Below are positions 38,757 through 48,419 of a stretch of 64,000 bases of DNA, piece after piece. Position 1 is the stretch's first letter. Every line of letters starts with the position of its first letter. Source of the stretch: Terriglobia bacterium (GTDB taxonomy: Bacteria; Acidobacteriota; Polarisedimenticolia; Polarisedimenticolales; JAIQFR01); the NCBI GenBank assembly GCA_963748015.1, contig CAVVHE010000009.1:224001-288000 (forward strand), given 5' to 3'. The notes under the pieces are model-generated. The model saw only the letters and a program-made list of their open reading frames with translations. It made no database searches and was not told the DNA's origin. The position numbers and the translations under genes were made by a program.

Positions 38757-41150
38757 CTACAGGCCGCCGTTCTCGCACATGCCGATCGTGTCGCCGTGCG
38801 CGAGGTGACCGGGCAAACCGTCGGGGAAGGTGACGTCGATCGTGTGCGGTCCCGCCGCCAGATGGCCCGGCTGAACGTGGCAGACGACCACCTTCGGCAT
38901 CCTCATGGCCCAGCCGACGTTGCCGAAGATGGACGCGGCCCATCCCGTCATGATCCGTCCATCGGAGCTCATCGCCGTCGGGTTGGCGATGGTGATGTCC
39001 TGCGCGAAGGTCCCCTGGGCCATCATGAACTGGTTGAGGTCGAACACGCCCAGCCCGTCGACCCAGAGCGTCGGGTTGCGGTAGGTGCCGAACCCGGACG
39101 GGTTGGCGATGTCGTTCCAACCGCCGATGATCCGGCCGTCGACGCTGATCGCCGACGCGCCGCCCTTCGCCGCGTCATCGAGGCTCGGGAGGAACTCGAG
39201 GCCGCCGGACGGCGTGAGCCGCCAGGCGCTGCTCGGATCGGTGGGGAGGTTCCAGCCGTTGACCCCGATGATGGTGGATCCATCCGGGGTCACGTCGAGC
39301 GCCTCTCCCGCGAACTTCGCCGCGTCGGGCTGTACCAGGTTGACCGGGCCGGGAACGCCGTCGACCCCCACCTGCCAGTAGGCGCCGCGCCGCAGGCCGG
39401 TGGTCGCATCGGACCAGCCGACCACCGCCGTCCCGTCGTAGTTGACGGCGTTGGCCCGCGTGGCGCGAGTCGGGGCGTCGGCGGACTTGGGAAGCGTTTG
39501 CGTCACGCCGCTCTTCGAGTAGAAGGCCAGGGCGCCGGCGGTGACGCAGCCGTTCGTGTACACGAGTCCGACGACCGTCGAGCCGTCCCCGGACATGTCG
39601 TAGGTCGAGCCCCAACCGCCGCTGCACGGGCTCACGGCGTTAGGGGGGAGCGGTAGGAGGGTCCAGGTGCCGTTCTCGTACACGGCCGGCTGGTAGACGT
39701 TGCTTGCGTTCTTCATCGAAAACGCGATCTTGGTCCCGTCGTCGGAGATCGCCGCCTGGCCGCCGTTCGCGGCGCCGCCGATGTTCACCAGGCTGTTGTC
39801 GGTCAGGTTCCACACGTACGCCGTCGCGCCCACGGTCCCGACGACGACGCCGCCGTCGGGCGTCATGTCGGTGGGGGTCCCGATCGCCGGCTGCGGGATG
39901 AACTCCGGCGCGCCCTTGACCCGGTTGAACGTGATGTCGGCGGTGGCCACCTGGCCGGCGGCGGCCGGGATCGCGGCGTACGCGCACCGGTCGTCCGACT
40001 CGCCGTTCCCGTTCTCGCCCGCCCCGTTGTAGTACTCCTCGGGGCCGGGGAGGACGAGGATGCGCGGCACGCTGAACGCCCCGTTCCGCAGGCCGTCCAC
40101 GTAGAGGACGTACTGGGCGCCGGGCGTCAGCCCGTGGAGCTCGAAGGTCCCGTCCGCGCCGAGCTCGCCCTTCGTGACCTGCCCCGTGATGTAGGAGGTG
40201 AAGTCGTTGAACGGATCGGCCACGTTGCGCGCGATCACATTGGCGCTACCGATCTGGGTGGTGTCGCCGGTCCCGTTGCCGCGGATGTTGAGCATCGAGT
40301 AAACGGTTCCCCGGATCGTGCCGTGGCTCGCGGGCCAGCCGGGCGCCGGGTAGAGATCCGAGATCGCGGCGATGTCGTCCATCCGGTCCACGGTCGCCAT
40401 GCCGGCGCCGGTCCCGGTCGCGCTCACGTTGATGTACGGGTACATCGTCTCGATCTGCTGGTTGGTCGGCGTGCCCGAGTAGGGCAGGGTGCAACCCGTT
40501 GGACCGGGGGTGTCCAGATACGTGTAGACCGCGCCGTTCGCCTGCGTGTGGGCGAGGTTCATGGTGTGGCCGAACTCGTGCGTCATGACGCCGCGGAAGC
40601 GGTCGCCGTTCGGGTCGGACGACTGAATCGACGGCCCGTTCATGATCGACCAGGCCTCGAGCAGCTCGTTGCTGCCCTCGGCCACGAAATCGATGGCGGA
40701 GACCCCGAGGGCGCCGTAGATGCCGAGGTAGTTGTTGAGGATCTTGCCGTCGGTGTCGTAGATGACGTGGACGCCGCCGCCGTTCCAGGTGCCGATGACT
40801 AGGCCCGCGTTGCAGCCGGCGGTGTTCGGGCAGACGATGTCGGGCAGCCCGATGGACGCGAAGTTCCCCGCGAACGCCGACATGTAGCTCGCGGACGGCA
40901 CGTTGTTCCACTCCGCGAAGGACATGTTCACGAGCTCGTACGCGCGGAAGTTGCCGACGCGGCCGAGGGCGCCCATGTCCGTGTAGTAGGGGACCGCGCC
41001 GTTCGCCCAGGTGTCCATGTGCCAGGCGTACGGGATGCGGTTCTCGTAGTCGTAGGTGTAGAGGGGGCCGCCCGCGAAAGCGAGGCCGGCGGCGACGAGG
41101 GCGACGAGGGGAAGGGCGACGATGGTCCGGAGGACTCTGGATGTTCTCAT
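38757..41150 (-). CDS. Secreted zinc metalloprotease (matrixin-like) with beta-propeller (HAF-type) repeats and a small Cys/His C-terminal domain
   Basis: THEFGHTMNLAH plus TMYP Met-turn; repeated DGSTVVG/DGRIIGG units; terminal VCH...HLAHGDTIGMC. Confidence 0.8.
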   Translation of the reverse strand: MRTSRVLRTIVALPLVALVAAGLAFAGGPLYTYDYENRIPYAWHMDTWANGAVPYYTDMGALGRVGNFRAYELVNMSFAEWNNVPSASYMSAFAGNFASIGLPDIVCPNTAGCNAGLVIGTWNGGGVHVIYDTDGKILNNYLGIYGALGVSAIDFVAEGSNELLEAWSIMNGPSIQSSDPNGDRFRGVMTHEFGHTMNLAHTQANGAVYTYLDTPGPTGCTLPYSGTPTNQQIETMYPYINVSATGTGAGMATVDRMDDIAAISDLYPAPGWPASHGTIRGTVYSMLNIRGNGTGDTTQIGSANVIARNVADPFNDFTSYITGQVTKGELGADGTFELHGLTPGAQYVLYVDGLRNGAFSVPRILVLPGPEEYYNGAGENGNGESDDRCAYAAIPAAAGQVATADITFNRVKGAPEFIPQPAIGTPTDMTPDGGVVVGTVGATAYVWNLTDNSLVNIGGAANGGQAAISDDGTKIAFSMKNASNVYQPAVYENGTWTLLPLPPNAVSPCSGGWGSTYDMSGDGSTVVGLVYTNGCVTAGALAFYSKSGVTQTLPKSADAPTRATRANAVNYDGTAVVGWSDATTGLRRGAYWQVGVDGVPGPVNLVQPDAAKFAGEALDVTPDGSTIIGVNGWNLPTDPSSAWRLTPSGGLEFLPSLDDAAKGGASAISVDGRIIGGWNDIANPSGFGTYRNPTLWVDGLGVFDLNQFMMAQGTFAQDITIANPTAMSSDGRIMTGWAASIFGNVGWAMRMPKVVVCHVQPGHLAAGPHTIDVTFPDGLPGHLAHGDTIGMCENGGL

Positions 41151-41163
41151 GGCTGTCTCCCCC

Positions 41164-41895
41164 TCACTGCCCGTCGGGCGTCACGCCCACGGTGGTCGTC
41201 CCCGTGCCGGGCGTGGGGGCGGTGTTATTCGGATCGGTGGAGGTGTTCCCGCGGCGAGCAAGCTCGGATCCCGGCTTCCACATCTTCCGGGTCCCGATCC
41301 AGTCCTCCTGGACCGCGCGGCGGACGAAGGAGACGAACGTGTCCGGGTTCACGGCGCCCGTCTGGGTGGCGAGCATCCGCTGGTCGTTGTCGGTCGGGAG
41401 ACCGGCAGCGAGCGCGACGTTCCGGAAGATCCCCTCGTTCGCGAGGTCGTTCTGGGCCCGGCCGGGCTCGATGGTGAACTTGCCGGCGGCGAGCGCGTAA
41501 GTCGTCTGGAGTCCCGTCATCTTTGCGGGCGGGGCCAGGAAGAGGAAGACCCGCTCGCCCACCGCGTAGCGCGGGAAGCCGGCCGGGGCCGGCATCATCA
41601 CGCGGCCGTCTCCGACGGGCCGCGGCGAGAGCAGGCCGAACTGGCGGAACGTGTACGTGCCGGAAGCCCCTCCCTTGATCGCCTCGCTCACGCTGATCGT
41701 GACCTCGGTGTAGGGAATGCCCCGCTCGTCGATTCCGTCCGTGACCGACGCCACGCTCCCAGCCACGATGGAGCGCGACTTCCCGATCAGGTCGACGAGG
41801 TTGGTGTCGCCGAACGTCAAGGCCAGCGACGGCGCCGCCGCCGTGAGGACGACGGCAACGCAGGCCGCGAGCCACAGATACCTGCTGGTTCTCAT
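41164..41895 (-). CDS. Secreted hypothetical protein (partner of the metalloprotease)
   Basis: Signal peptide, AAGGAGGG SD, IVAGSV...PYTEVTISVSEAIKG...GERVFLFL. Confidence 0.7.
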   Translation of the reverse strand: MRTSRYLWLAACVAVVLTAAAPSLALTFGDTNLVDLIGKSRSIVAGSVASVTDGIDERGIPYTEVTISVSEAIKGGASGTYTFRQFGLLSPRPVGDGRVMMPAPAGFPRYAVGERVFLFLAPPAKMTGLQTTYALAAGKFTIEPGRAQNDLANEGIFRNVALAAGLPTDNDQRMLATQTGAVNPDTFVSFVRRAVQEDWIGTRKMWKPGSELARRGNTSTDPNNTAPTPGTGTTTVGVTPDGQ

Positions 41896-42015
41896 GAGCT
41901 CCCACCCCTCCTTGATTGCCTAGTGGCCTCGCCCGGCCAGGGCCGCCTCCCGGCACTCCCCCCGACGAGACCGTTTTGCCAGCGTGAGTTTCCAGCGAAG
42001 GGAGAGGGGCTGCTA

Positions 42016-42052
42016 TCGGGGATTCCCCGACCCGGCACGGAGAAATACCCGA
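42016..42052. promoter_or_regulatory. Palindromic operator-like site(s)
   Basis: Perfect TCGGGGA-T-TCCCCGA (42016..42030) plus degenerate ACGGAGAAATACCCGA. Confidence 0.55.
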
Positions 42053-42062
42053 GATGAGGGGA

Positions 42063-42716
42063 TCAGGCTTCGGGAGAGACGAGTCCCGCCCGGATCGCGA
42101 AGCGGACGAGTCCCGCGACGTCGTGGATCTCGAGCCGCTCCATGATCTGCGCCCGGTGGGTTTCGACCGTTTTGACCGAAAGCCCGAGGTCCGCCGCTAT
42201 TTCCTTGGTCGAGCGCCCCTCGGCGATCATCTGCAGCACCTCGCGCTGGCGGGCCGTCAGCCCCTGGAGCGGGTCCGCGGGGGGACCCTCGCCGCGAAGG
42301 AACGACGACACGACCTTCCGCGAGACGGCGGGGCTCAGGTAGTTCCCTCCCGCCGACACCGCCTCGAGGGCGGCCTCGAGCTCGGAAACGGCGGAGTCCT
42401 TCAGCAGGAAGCCCGCCGCGCCCGCGCGGAGCGCCTGCGCGACGTAGGTCTCCCCCGCGTGCATCGTGAGGATCACGACGCGGGTTCCCGGCGAGACGCC
42501 GCCCACCCTGGCGGCAACTTCCAGGCCGTTCAGGCCGGGCATCGTCACGTCGAGAATGGCGATGTCGGGGCGGAGCTTCGCGATCAGCTCGAGCGCCTCC
42601 CGCCCGTCCCCGGTCTCGCCGGCGATCGTGACTCCCTCGATCGACTCGAGCAGCGACCGGATGCCGCTCCGGACGAGGCGGTGGTCGTCGGCCAGGAGAA
42701 CGGTGGTGGGCCGCAT
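42063..42716 (-). CDS. NarL/LuxR-family response regulator
   Basis: LADDH, AILDVTMP, LTARQREV, LSVKTVETHR. Confidence 0.92.
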   Translation of the reverse strand: MRPTTVLLADDHRLVRSGIRSLLESIEGVTIAGETGDGREALELIAKLRPDIAILDVTMPGLNGLEVAARVGGVSPGTRVVILTMHAGETYVAQALRAGAAGFLLKDSAVSELEAALEAVSAGGNYLSPAVSRKVVSSFLRGEGPPADPLQGLTARQREVLQMIAEGRSTKEIAADLGLSVKTVETHRAQIMERLEIHDVAGLVRFAIRAGLVSPEA

Positions 42717-42717
42717 G

Positions 42718-45700
42718 TCAGCCCCTCCATGACAGCGTCGCCCGGAGTGCGGTTCCCCGCCCGGGCGCGGTTTCGACCGTGACGTTTCCGCCGAGGGCCT
42801 GCGCCCTTTCCCTCATTCCCTGGAGGCCGAGGTGGTCGCCGCCGCCGGGGTGCCCAGCTGTCTCGCCCGCGTCGAACCCCCGGCCGTCGTCGCGTACCTC
42901 GATCTCTAGCCGCTCTTCGGCGCCGCGCAGGACGACGTCCACGCGGCGGGCTCCGGCATGCCGGACCACGTTCGTCACCGCCTCCTGCACGATCCGGAAC
43001 GCCGCGATCTCGACCTCGGGCGGAAGGCGGTCCGGGAGCGTCTCGCTTGCGAGCCCCACTTGCATGCCGCTGCGCTGCGCGAGTGCCTCGAGCTGTCCGC
43101 GGAGCGCCGCGAGAAGCCCGAGATCGTCCATCAGCGGCGGCCTCAAGTCGAAGGACAGCTCGCGCACGAGCCGGATCATCCGGTCCAGGAGCTCCACCGT
43201 GTCCGCGAGCCGCGTCGCCGCCCGCTCGTCGAACCCACCGCGCTGGAGGAGCTGGACGTTCATCTTGGCCGCGGTCAGGAGCTGTCCCATCTCGTCGTGA
43301 AGCTCGCGGGCGATGTGCCTGCGTTCCTCCTCCTTCGCCGCCTCGAGGCGCCTCGTCAGCTGCCGCAGGTGGTCGAAGGCGGCCTGGAGCTCCTTCTCCT
43401 TGGCTTGCGCCTCCTCCAGCGCCGCCTCTCGCTGTGTCTGCAGCTCCGTCAGCTCGCGGTTCCGGCGCTGGAGGCGGGCCGTCCGGGTGGCGTGCCACAC
43501 GATCGCCGCGGCCGCGAGCGCCGTCGCGACCACGAAGCGGAACCAGTCGGTCATGTAGAACGGGGGGACGACGCGAAGGGCGATCCTGGTCGGCGGATCG
43601 CTCCAGCCTCCTCTCGCGCCGCGCCCGCGAAGCTCCAGCTCGTGCGTGCCGGCCGAAAGGTCGGTGAAGGTCAGCATCCTCCGGGACCCGAGATCCATCC
43701 AGCCGCGGTCGTCGTCGGCGAACCGGTAGGCGTAGCGGTGGCGCCGGTGCGGGTCGAAGTCCACGACCGAGAACTCGACGGTCAGGACCTCGCCGTACGC
43801 GATCTCCACGAGGGACGGCGGGCTTCCCGGCCGGGCCGACGCACTCGAGGTGTGCGGCGTGTGCACGGACGTGACCGCCAGCGTCGCCGGCGGCGACGTC
43901 GGGAACGGAGTGCCCCGGGGAATCTCGACGAGGCCATTGAGGGTCCCGATGAAGATCCCCCGGGCGGTCCGCGCGGCCGCCGACAGGTTGCCCTCGGAGG
44001 AGGGGAGGCCGTCCGCGGTGTCGTAGCCGACGAACGTGTTTCGCCGCGGGTCGAAGCGCGCGAGCCCCTGGCGCGTGGAGACCCAGAGGCTCCCGTCGTC
44101 GTCCTCCGCCAGGCCCATCACGGTGTCGTCGACGAGCCCGTCGCGCGCGGTCACACGAACGAACCGCGCGCCTCTGGCCGGATCGAGATCCACGAGGCGC
44201 GCGAGCCCGCCGCCGCCCGTCCCGACCCAGAGACGGCCCGCCCGGTCCTCGAGGATGCACGTGACGTAGTGGTGCGCGAGCGCCTCGGGATCGGTCGGAT
44301 CCACCGTGATGCGCGTCGCCCTGCCCGTCGCGCGGTCGATGAGGTTCAACCCCCCCGATCGTGTCCCGTCCCAGAGACGTCCCTGCCGGTCCTCGTGGAG
44401 GACCGTGACGTAGTCGTCGCCCGGCGTAGACGGGTCGCCCGGCTTCATCGGGAAGCGGTCGAAGCCTCGCTCGTCCGGGCGGAGGCGATGCAGGCCGCCA
44501 CCCCCGGTGCCCACCCAGACGCGGCCGTCCCGGTCCACGAGCACGGCTGTCACATAGCCTCGCCCGAGCGACGTCGGGTCCGCCGCGTCGTGCACGAACG
44601 CGTTGGTGCGACCGCTGCGCGGGTCGTAGCGGACGAGACCGGCGGAGCAGGCGACCCAGATCCGGCCCTCGTGGTCCTCGTTCAGGTGGAGCACGCCGTT
44701 CGCGGCCTTGGACGAGCCGGCGCGGAGCGGCACGTTGACGAACTTGCCGGCCCCCGGATCGAGCCGGTCCACGCCCCCCCCGAACGTGCCGACCCACACG
44801 CGACCCTCGCGATCCTCGAGCACGGCCGTCACGTCGTCGAACGATAGCGTCGACAATCCCACGCCACCCGAACCTATCGTGACGAACGGCGCCGGGGGGC
44901 GCCGCAGACGGAAGAGCCCGCTCCCCGTCGTCCCGATCCACATCGAGCCGCTCCGGTCGACGGCAAGCGCGGTCACCGGCTGGCGCCCGAGGGCCTCGAA
45001 TCCGGCGCCTTCCGGGACCTCGAGGCGATGGGACCCGTTACGGGCGCGGTACACCCCGGTGAACGTGCCGACCCACATCTCTCCCGCTGGCCCGGAGCCG
45101 ACGATGGTCACGACGCTCTGGCCGACGAGCGGTTTCTCGCCGGGGGCCGGGGCCTCGCGGTCGATCGCCCCGTCGCGCCGGCGCACGGCGAATCCGTAGC
45201 GCGTGCCTATCCACAAGCTCCCGTCCGCGTCGAGGCCCAGGACGAACGCGTCGCTGCTGGGCAGGGCCCTGGGATCCTCCCGGCGCACCGGAAGCGGAGC
45301 CGAGGTGCCGGACGCAAGATCGAAGCGGAGCACGCCGTCGCCGACTGTGGCGATCCAGAACGCGCCCTCCGGGTCCCTGACGATCGAAAGGACGTACTCG
45401 GCGCCCGATCGCGGGTTCGAGGGCGGGAGCAGGGGAACGCGTCGCGCGAGGCCGTTCGCCGGGTCGAACAGATTGAGTCCGAACTGAGTTCCGACGAGGA
45501 GCTTGCCGCCCGGGGCGTCCGCGATCGCGTAGACACTGTCGTGGCTGAGCGACGTCGAGTCGGCCGCCCGGTGGCGGTACGTGTCGAATCGGCCCGACGT
45601 GCGATCGAGGCGGCAGAGACCGCCGGTGTTCGTGCCGACCCAGAGCACGCCGCGGGCGTCCTCGAAGATGGTCCGCACCCAGTTGTCGACCAGCGACGCG

Positions 45701-45951
45701 GGATCCGTGACGTCGTGCAAGTAGGGAGTGAACGAGTAGCCGTCGTAGGCGATCAGGCCTTCGCGGGAGCCAATCCACAGGATCCCGGCCCGGTCGATCA
45801 GGAGCGTGTTGATCGTCTCCGCGCGAAGCCCGTCTTTCGCGCCGAAGCTCTCGAGCGGCGTCGCGGGGCCGGCGGCCGTCGCGGCCGCGGCGGCGAGGAG
45901 GGCGAGGATCGCCGCAGCGCATCTCGAAAACCGACTCGCCCTCTCGATCAC
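42718..45951 (-). CDS. Sensor histidine kinase with periplasmic beta-propeller (Reg_prop) repeats, Y_Y_Y-type domain, HisKA_3
   Basis: Repeated D..G.LWVGT..GGL units, YAYR, TM helix, ERRHIARELHDEMGQ, QEAVTNVVRH. Confidence 0.9.
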   Translation of the reverse strand: MIERASRFSRCAAAILALLAAAAATAAGPATPLESFGAKDGLRAETINTLLIDRAGILWIGSREGLIAYDGYSFTPYLHDVTDPASLVDNWVRTIFEDARGVLWVGTNTGGLCRLDRTSGRFDTYRHRAADSTSLSHDSVYAIADAPGGKLLVGTQFGLNLFDPANGLARRVPLLPPSNPRSGAEYVLSIVRDPEGAFWIATVGDGVLRFDLASGTSAPLPVRREDPRALPSSDAFVLGLDADGSLWIGTRYGFAVRRRDGAIDREAPAPGEKPLVGQSVVTIVGSGPAGEMWVGTFTGVYRARNGSHRLEVPEGAGFEALGRQPVTALAVDRSGSMWIGTTGSGLFRLRRPPAPFVTIGSGGVGLSTLSFDDVTAVLEDREGRVWVGTFGGGVDRLDPGAGKFVNVPLRAGSSKAANGVLHLNEDHEGRIWVACSAGLVRYDPRSGRTNAFVHDAADPTSLGRGYVTAVLVDRDGRVWVGTGGGGLHRLRPDERGFDRFPMKPGDPSTPGDDYVTVLHEDRQGRLWDGTRSGGLNLIDRATGRATRITVDPTDPEALAHHYVTCILEDRAGRLWVGTGGGGLARLVDLDPARGARFVRVTARDGLVDDTVMGLAEDDDGSLWVSTRQGLARFDPRRNTFVGYDTADGLPSSEGNLSAAARTARGIFIGTLNGLVEIPRGTPFPTSPPATLAVTSVHTPHTSSASARPGSPPSLVEIAYGEVLTVEFSVVDFDPHRRHRYAYRFADDDRGWMDLGSRRMLTFTDLSAGTHELELRGRGARGGWSDPPTRIALRVVPPFYMTDWFRFVVATALAAAAIVWHATRTARLQRRNRELTELQTQREAALEEAQAKEKELQAAFDHLRQLTRRLEAAKEEERRHIARELHDEMGQLLTAAKMNVQLLQRGGFDERAATRLADTVELLDRMIRLVRELSFDLRPPLMDDLGLLAALRGQLEALAQRSGMQVGLASETLPDRLPPEVEIAAFRIVQEAVTNVVRHAGARRVDVVLRGAEERLEIEVRDDGRGFDAGETAGHPGGGDHLGLQGMRERAQALGGNVTVETAPGRGTALRATLSWRG

Positions 45952-46050
45952 GCTCGTCTCCCGCGCGGTACCCCGGTGGTGCCTACCAGATACGACGCAA
46001 TCCCGAATTCTGCCGCACTCCTCGCGGCATCCTATTCCTGCCGCCCCCTT

Positions 46051-48180
46051 TCAGCGGTCGCCATCCCTCGAGCCGGAGCGCGCGGCCGCGAGGGCCCGGC
46101 GCGCGTCCTCGTAGCCGGGATCGAGGCGGATGGCTTCCTCGTAGTGGCCGATCGCCTCGGCGGCCCGTCCCTGTTTGGCCAGGAGCAGGCCCAGGTTGAA
46201 GTGCGCCGTGGCGTCGCGGGGGTCGAGGCTCAGCCCCTGCTCGAACTGGCGCATGGCCTGCTCCGACTCGCCTCGAATCGCGAGCACGATGCCCAGGTTG
46301 TTGTGGGCCTCCGGCAGGTTCGGGGCGAGCTCCAGGGCCTTCGAGATCTCGAGGATCGCCTCGGCGGTGCGCCCCTGCCGCCCGAGCACCGAGCCGAGAT
46401 TGTTGTAGGCCTTGGCGAACCGCGGATCGAGCCGGATCGCTTCGCGATACAGGGCCTCCGCTTCCCCGAGCCGGCCGCGGGCGCGCAGGTCGTTCGCCCG
46501 CTCGAAGCTCGCGAGCGCTTCGGGAGACGCCTCCGTCCGCGGCCGCGAGGGGATTCCGGAACGCGCTTTCTCGAGGGCCGCGGCGAGCCGGGGGCCGATC
46601 GTGGGGTCGCCCGGCTCGAGACGATCGGCCTCGCGGAAGGCGACGACCGCGCCCTCGACGTCTCCGGTCTTCTCCAGGGCGTTCCCGAGATTGAACCAGG
46701 CCTCGACGTGGGACGGGTTCGCCTTCACCGCCTCGCGGTAGAGGCCGATCGCCTCGCCGATCCGTCCCTTTCCCTGGAGCGCGACGCCGAGGTTCGAGAG
46801 GGTCGGCGCGTGGTCTGGGCGGATGCGGCGGGCTTCCTCGAAGTGGGCGATCGCCTCGTCGAGCCGCCCGTCGCGCGCGAGGGCGCCGCCGAGGTTGTTC
46901 TCGACGACGTAGTTTCGCGACGTCACTGCCAGCGTGCGACGGAACAGCGTCTCGCTGTCCCGCCAGTAGCCGACCTGCCGCCAGGTGAGCGCCGTGCAAC
47001 CGGAAAGTCCGAGCAGCGCGGCCGCGGCGAGGGCCGCGCGCCCCCATCGCCGCGAGCCGACCAGGTCGGGCAGCCCCCACGCGAGCATCAGGAACACGCC
47101 GATCAGGGGAACGTAGGTGTACCGGTCGGCGCTCGACTGCACGCCGACCTGCACGATGCCGATCACGGGGACCAGCGTGCCGAGGTACCAGAGCCACCCG
47201 GTCACGAGGTAGGGCGCTCTTCGCCTGGCCGCGAGCACCGCGGCGGTGATCGCCGCGAGCACGGCGCACGCCCCCACCGCCTCGAGGACCGGCGCCGATG
47301 CGGGAAGCGGGTAGAGCGCGCCGAGCCGAAACGGCCAGAAGGTCCTCGCGAGGTAGGCCACGTACGCGACCGCGGCGTTGGCCAGCCTCGCGCCGAAGGG
47401 GAGCAGGTCGAGTCCTGCCACGGCGCCCCCTCGCTCCTGCGCGAGCCAGGTCACGACGGACGAGATACCCGCGAGAGCGAAGAGGGGGAGCTTCTCCACG
47501 ACGAGCCCGCGCAGTCCCGCGAGGCGCGACCCTCCCGCCGCCGGGCCGCCGAGGCGCCCGAGCGGCCAGAAGTCGAGAAGCAGCAGGACGAACGGCAGCG
47601 TGACGAGCATGGGCTTCGCCATCAGGCCGAGCGCGAAAAGCAAGGGAAGGAGAACGCGAGTCGTCGTCGTGGGACGCTCGCGGTGGCGCGCGTACGCGAG
47701 GAGGGTCAGCATCCCGAACAGCGTGCTCAACACGTCCTTCCGCTCGGCGATCCATGCGACCGACTCGACGTGGAGCGGGTGGAGGGCGAACAGCGCGGCG
47801 ACGGCGGCGCTGCGCCAGGCGGCGCCGGTGAGCAGGTTGAGCGCGAGCAGAAGGAGAACGGCGTTCAAAGCGTGCAGCGCCACCGACACGAGATGGTGGC
47901 CGGTCGGGTCGAGGCCGAAGACCTCCACGTCGAGCATGTGCGAGAGCCAGGTCAACGGATGCCAGTTGGCGTGGTGTCCGGTACCGAAGGCCCAGCCCAC
48001 GTTCTCGAGGGTGAGTCCCGACAGGACGTGCGGGTTCTCCAGGACGTAAGCGGGATCGTCGTAGTCCACGAACCCGTTGCCGGCGGTCCGCCCGTAGGCC
48101 GCGCCCACGAGCAGCACGAGCGCGACGCAGAGCAGCGCGAGCCTCGGCCGGGAAACGGACGGGATCTGTCGCTTGGCCAA
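46051..48180 (-). CDS. TMTC-like membrane protein with TPRs
   Basis: VDYDDPAYV, NWHPLTWLSH, FALHPLHVESVAWIAERKD, MAKPMLVTLP, ADRYTYVP, TPRs. Confidence 0.85.
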   Translation of the reverse strand: MAKRQIPSVSRPRLALLCVALVLLVGAAYGRTAGNGFVDYDDPAYVLENPHVLSGLTLENVGWAFGTGHHANWHPLTWLSHMLDVEVFGLDPTGHHLVSVALHALNAVLLLLALNLLTGAAWRSAAVAALFALHPLHVESVAWIAERKDVLSTLFGMLTLLAYARHRERPTTTTRVLLPLLFALGLMAKPMLVTLPFVLLLLDFWPLGRLGGPAAGGSRLAGLRGLVVEKLPLFALAGISSVVTWLAQERGGAVAGLDLLPFGARLANAAVAYVAYLARTFWPFRLGALYPLPASAPVLEAVGACAVLAAITAAVLAARRRAPYLVTGWLWYLGTLVPVIGIVQVGVQSSADRYTYVPLIGVFLMLAWGLPDLVGSRRWGRAALAAAALLGLSGCTALTWRQVGYWRDSETLFRRTLAVTSRNYVVENNLGGALARDGRLDEAIAHFEEARRIRPDHAPTLSNLGVALQGKGRIGEAIGLYREAVKANPSHVEAWFNLGNALEKTGDVEGAVVAFREADRLEPGDPTIGPRLAAALEKARSGIPSRPRTEASPEALASFERANDLRARGRLGEAEALYREAIRLDPRFAKAYNNLGSVLGRQGRTAEAILEISKALELAPNLPEAHNNLGIVLAIRGESEQAMRQFEQGLSLDPRDATAHFNLGLLLAKQGRAAEAIGHYEEAIRLDPGYEDARRALAAARSGSRDGDR

Positions 48181-48419
48181 CTCGAACCCCCTCGCCGGTG
48201 AGGGGGGAGTCTACGGCTCGGGGGGCATGGCCGACAACGGGGCGGCCGGCTCGAGCGAGCCGGCGGCCGTCGCGGGACGTGGCGTCGGGATTCCGGCAGG
48301 AACGCGAGCGACGGCCGAGAAGGCGCCAATTGGCGCGCTTTCTGGTCAGGCGACGCGTGGCACACGGCTTGCCCCCTTCCCGGCCGGGAGGCTCCGCTCG
48401 TGGAGCCCGGGAGACGCCC

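Noticed and set aside
45028..48201. Long antisense/alternate-frame ORFs (e.g. 1057 aa here; also 3457..5691, 47952..50315, 55814..57859)
   Set aside because: Shadow ORFs expected in very GC-rich DNA; low-complexity Arg/Gly/Ala/Pro content, overlapping well-supported genes.
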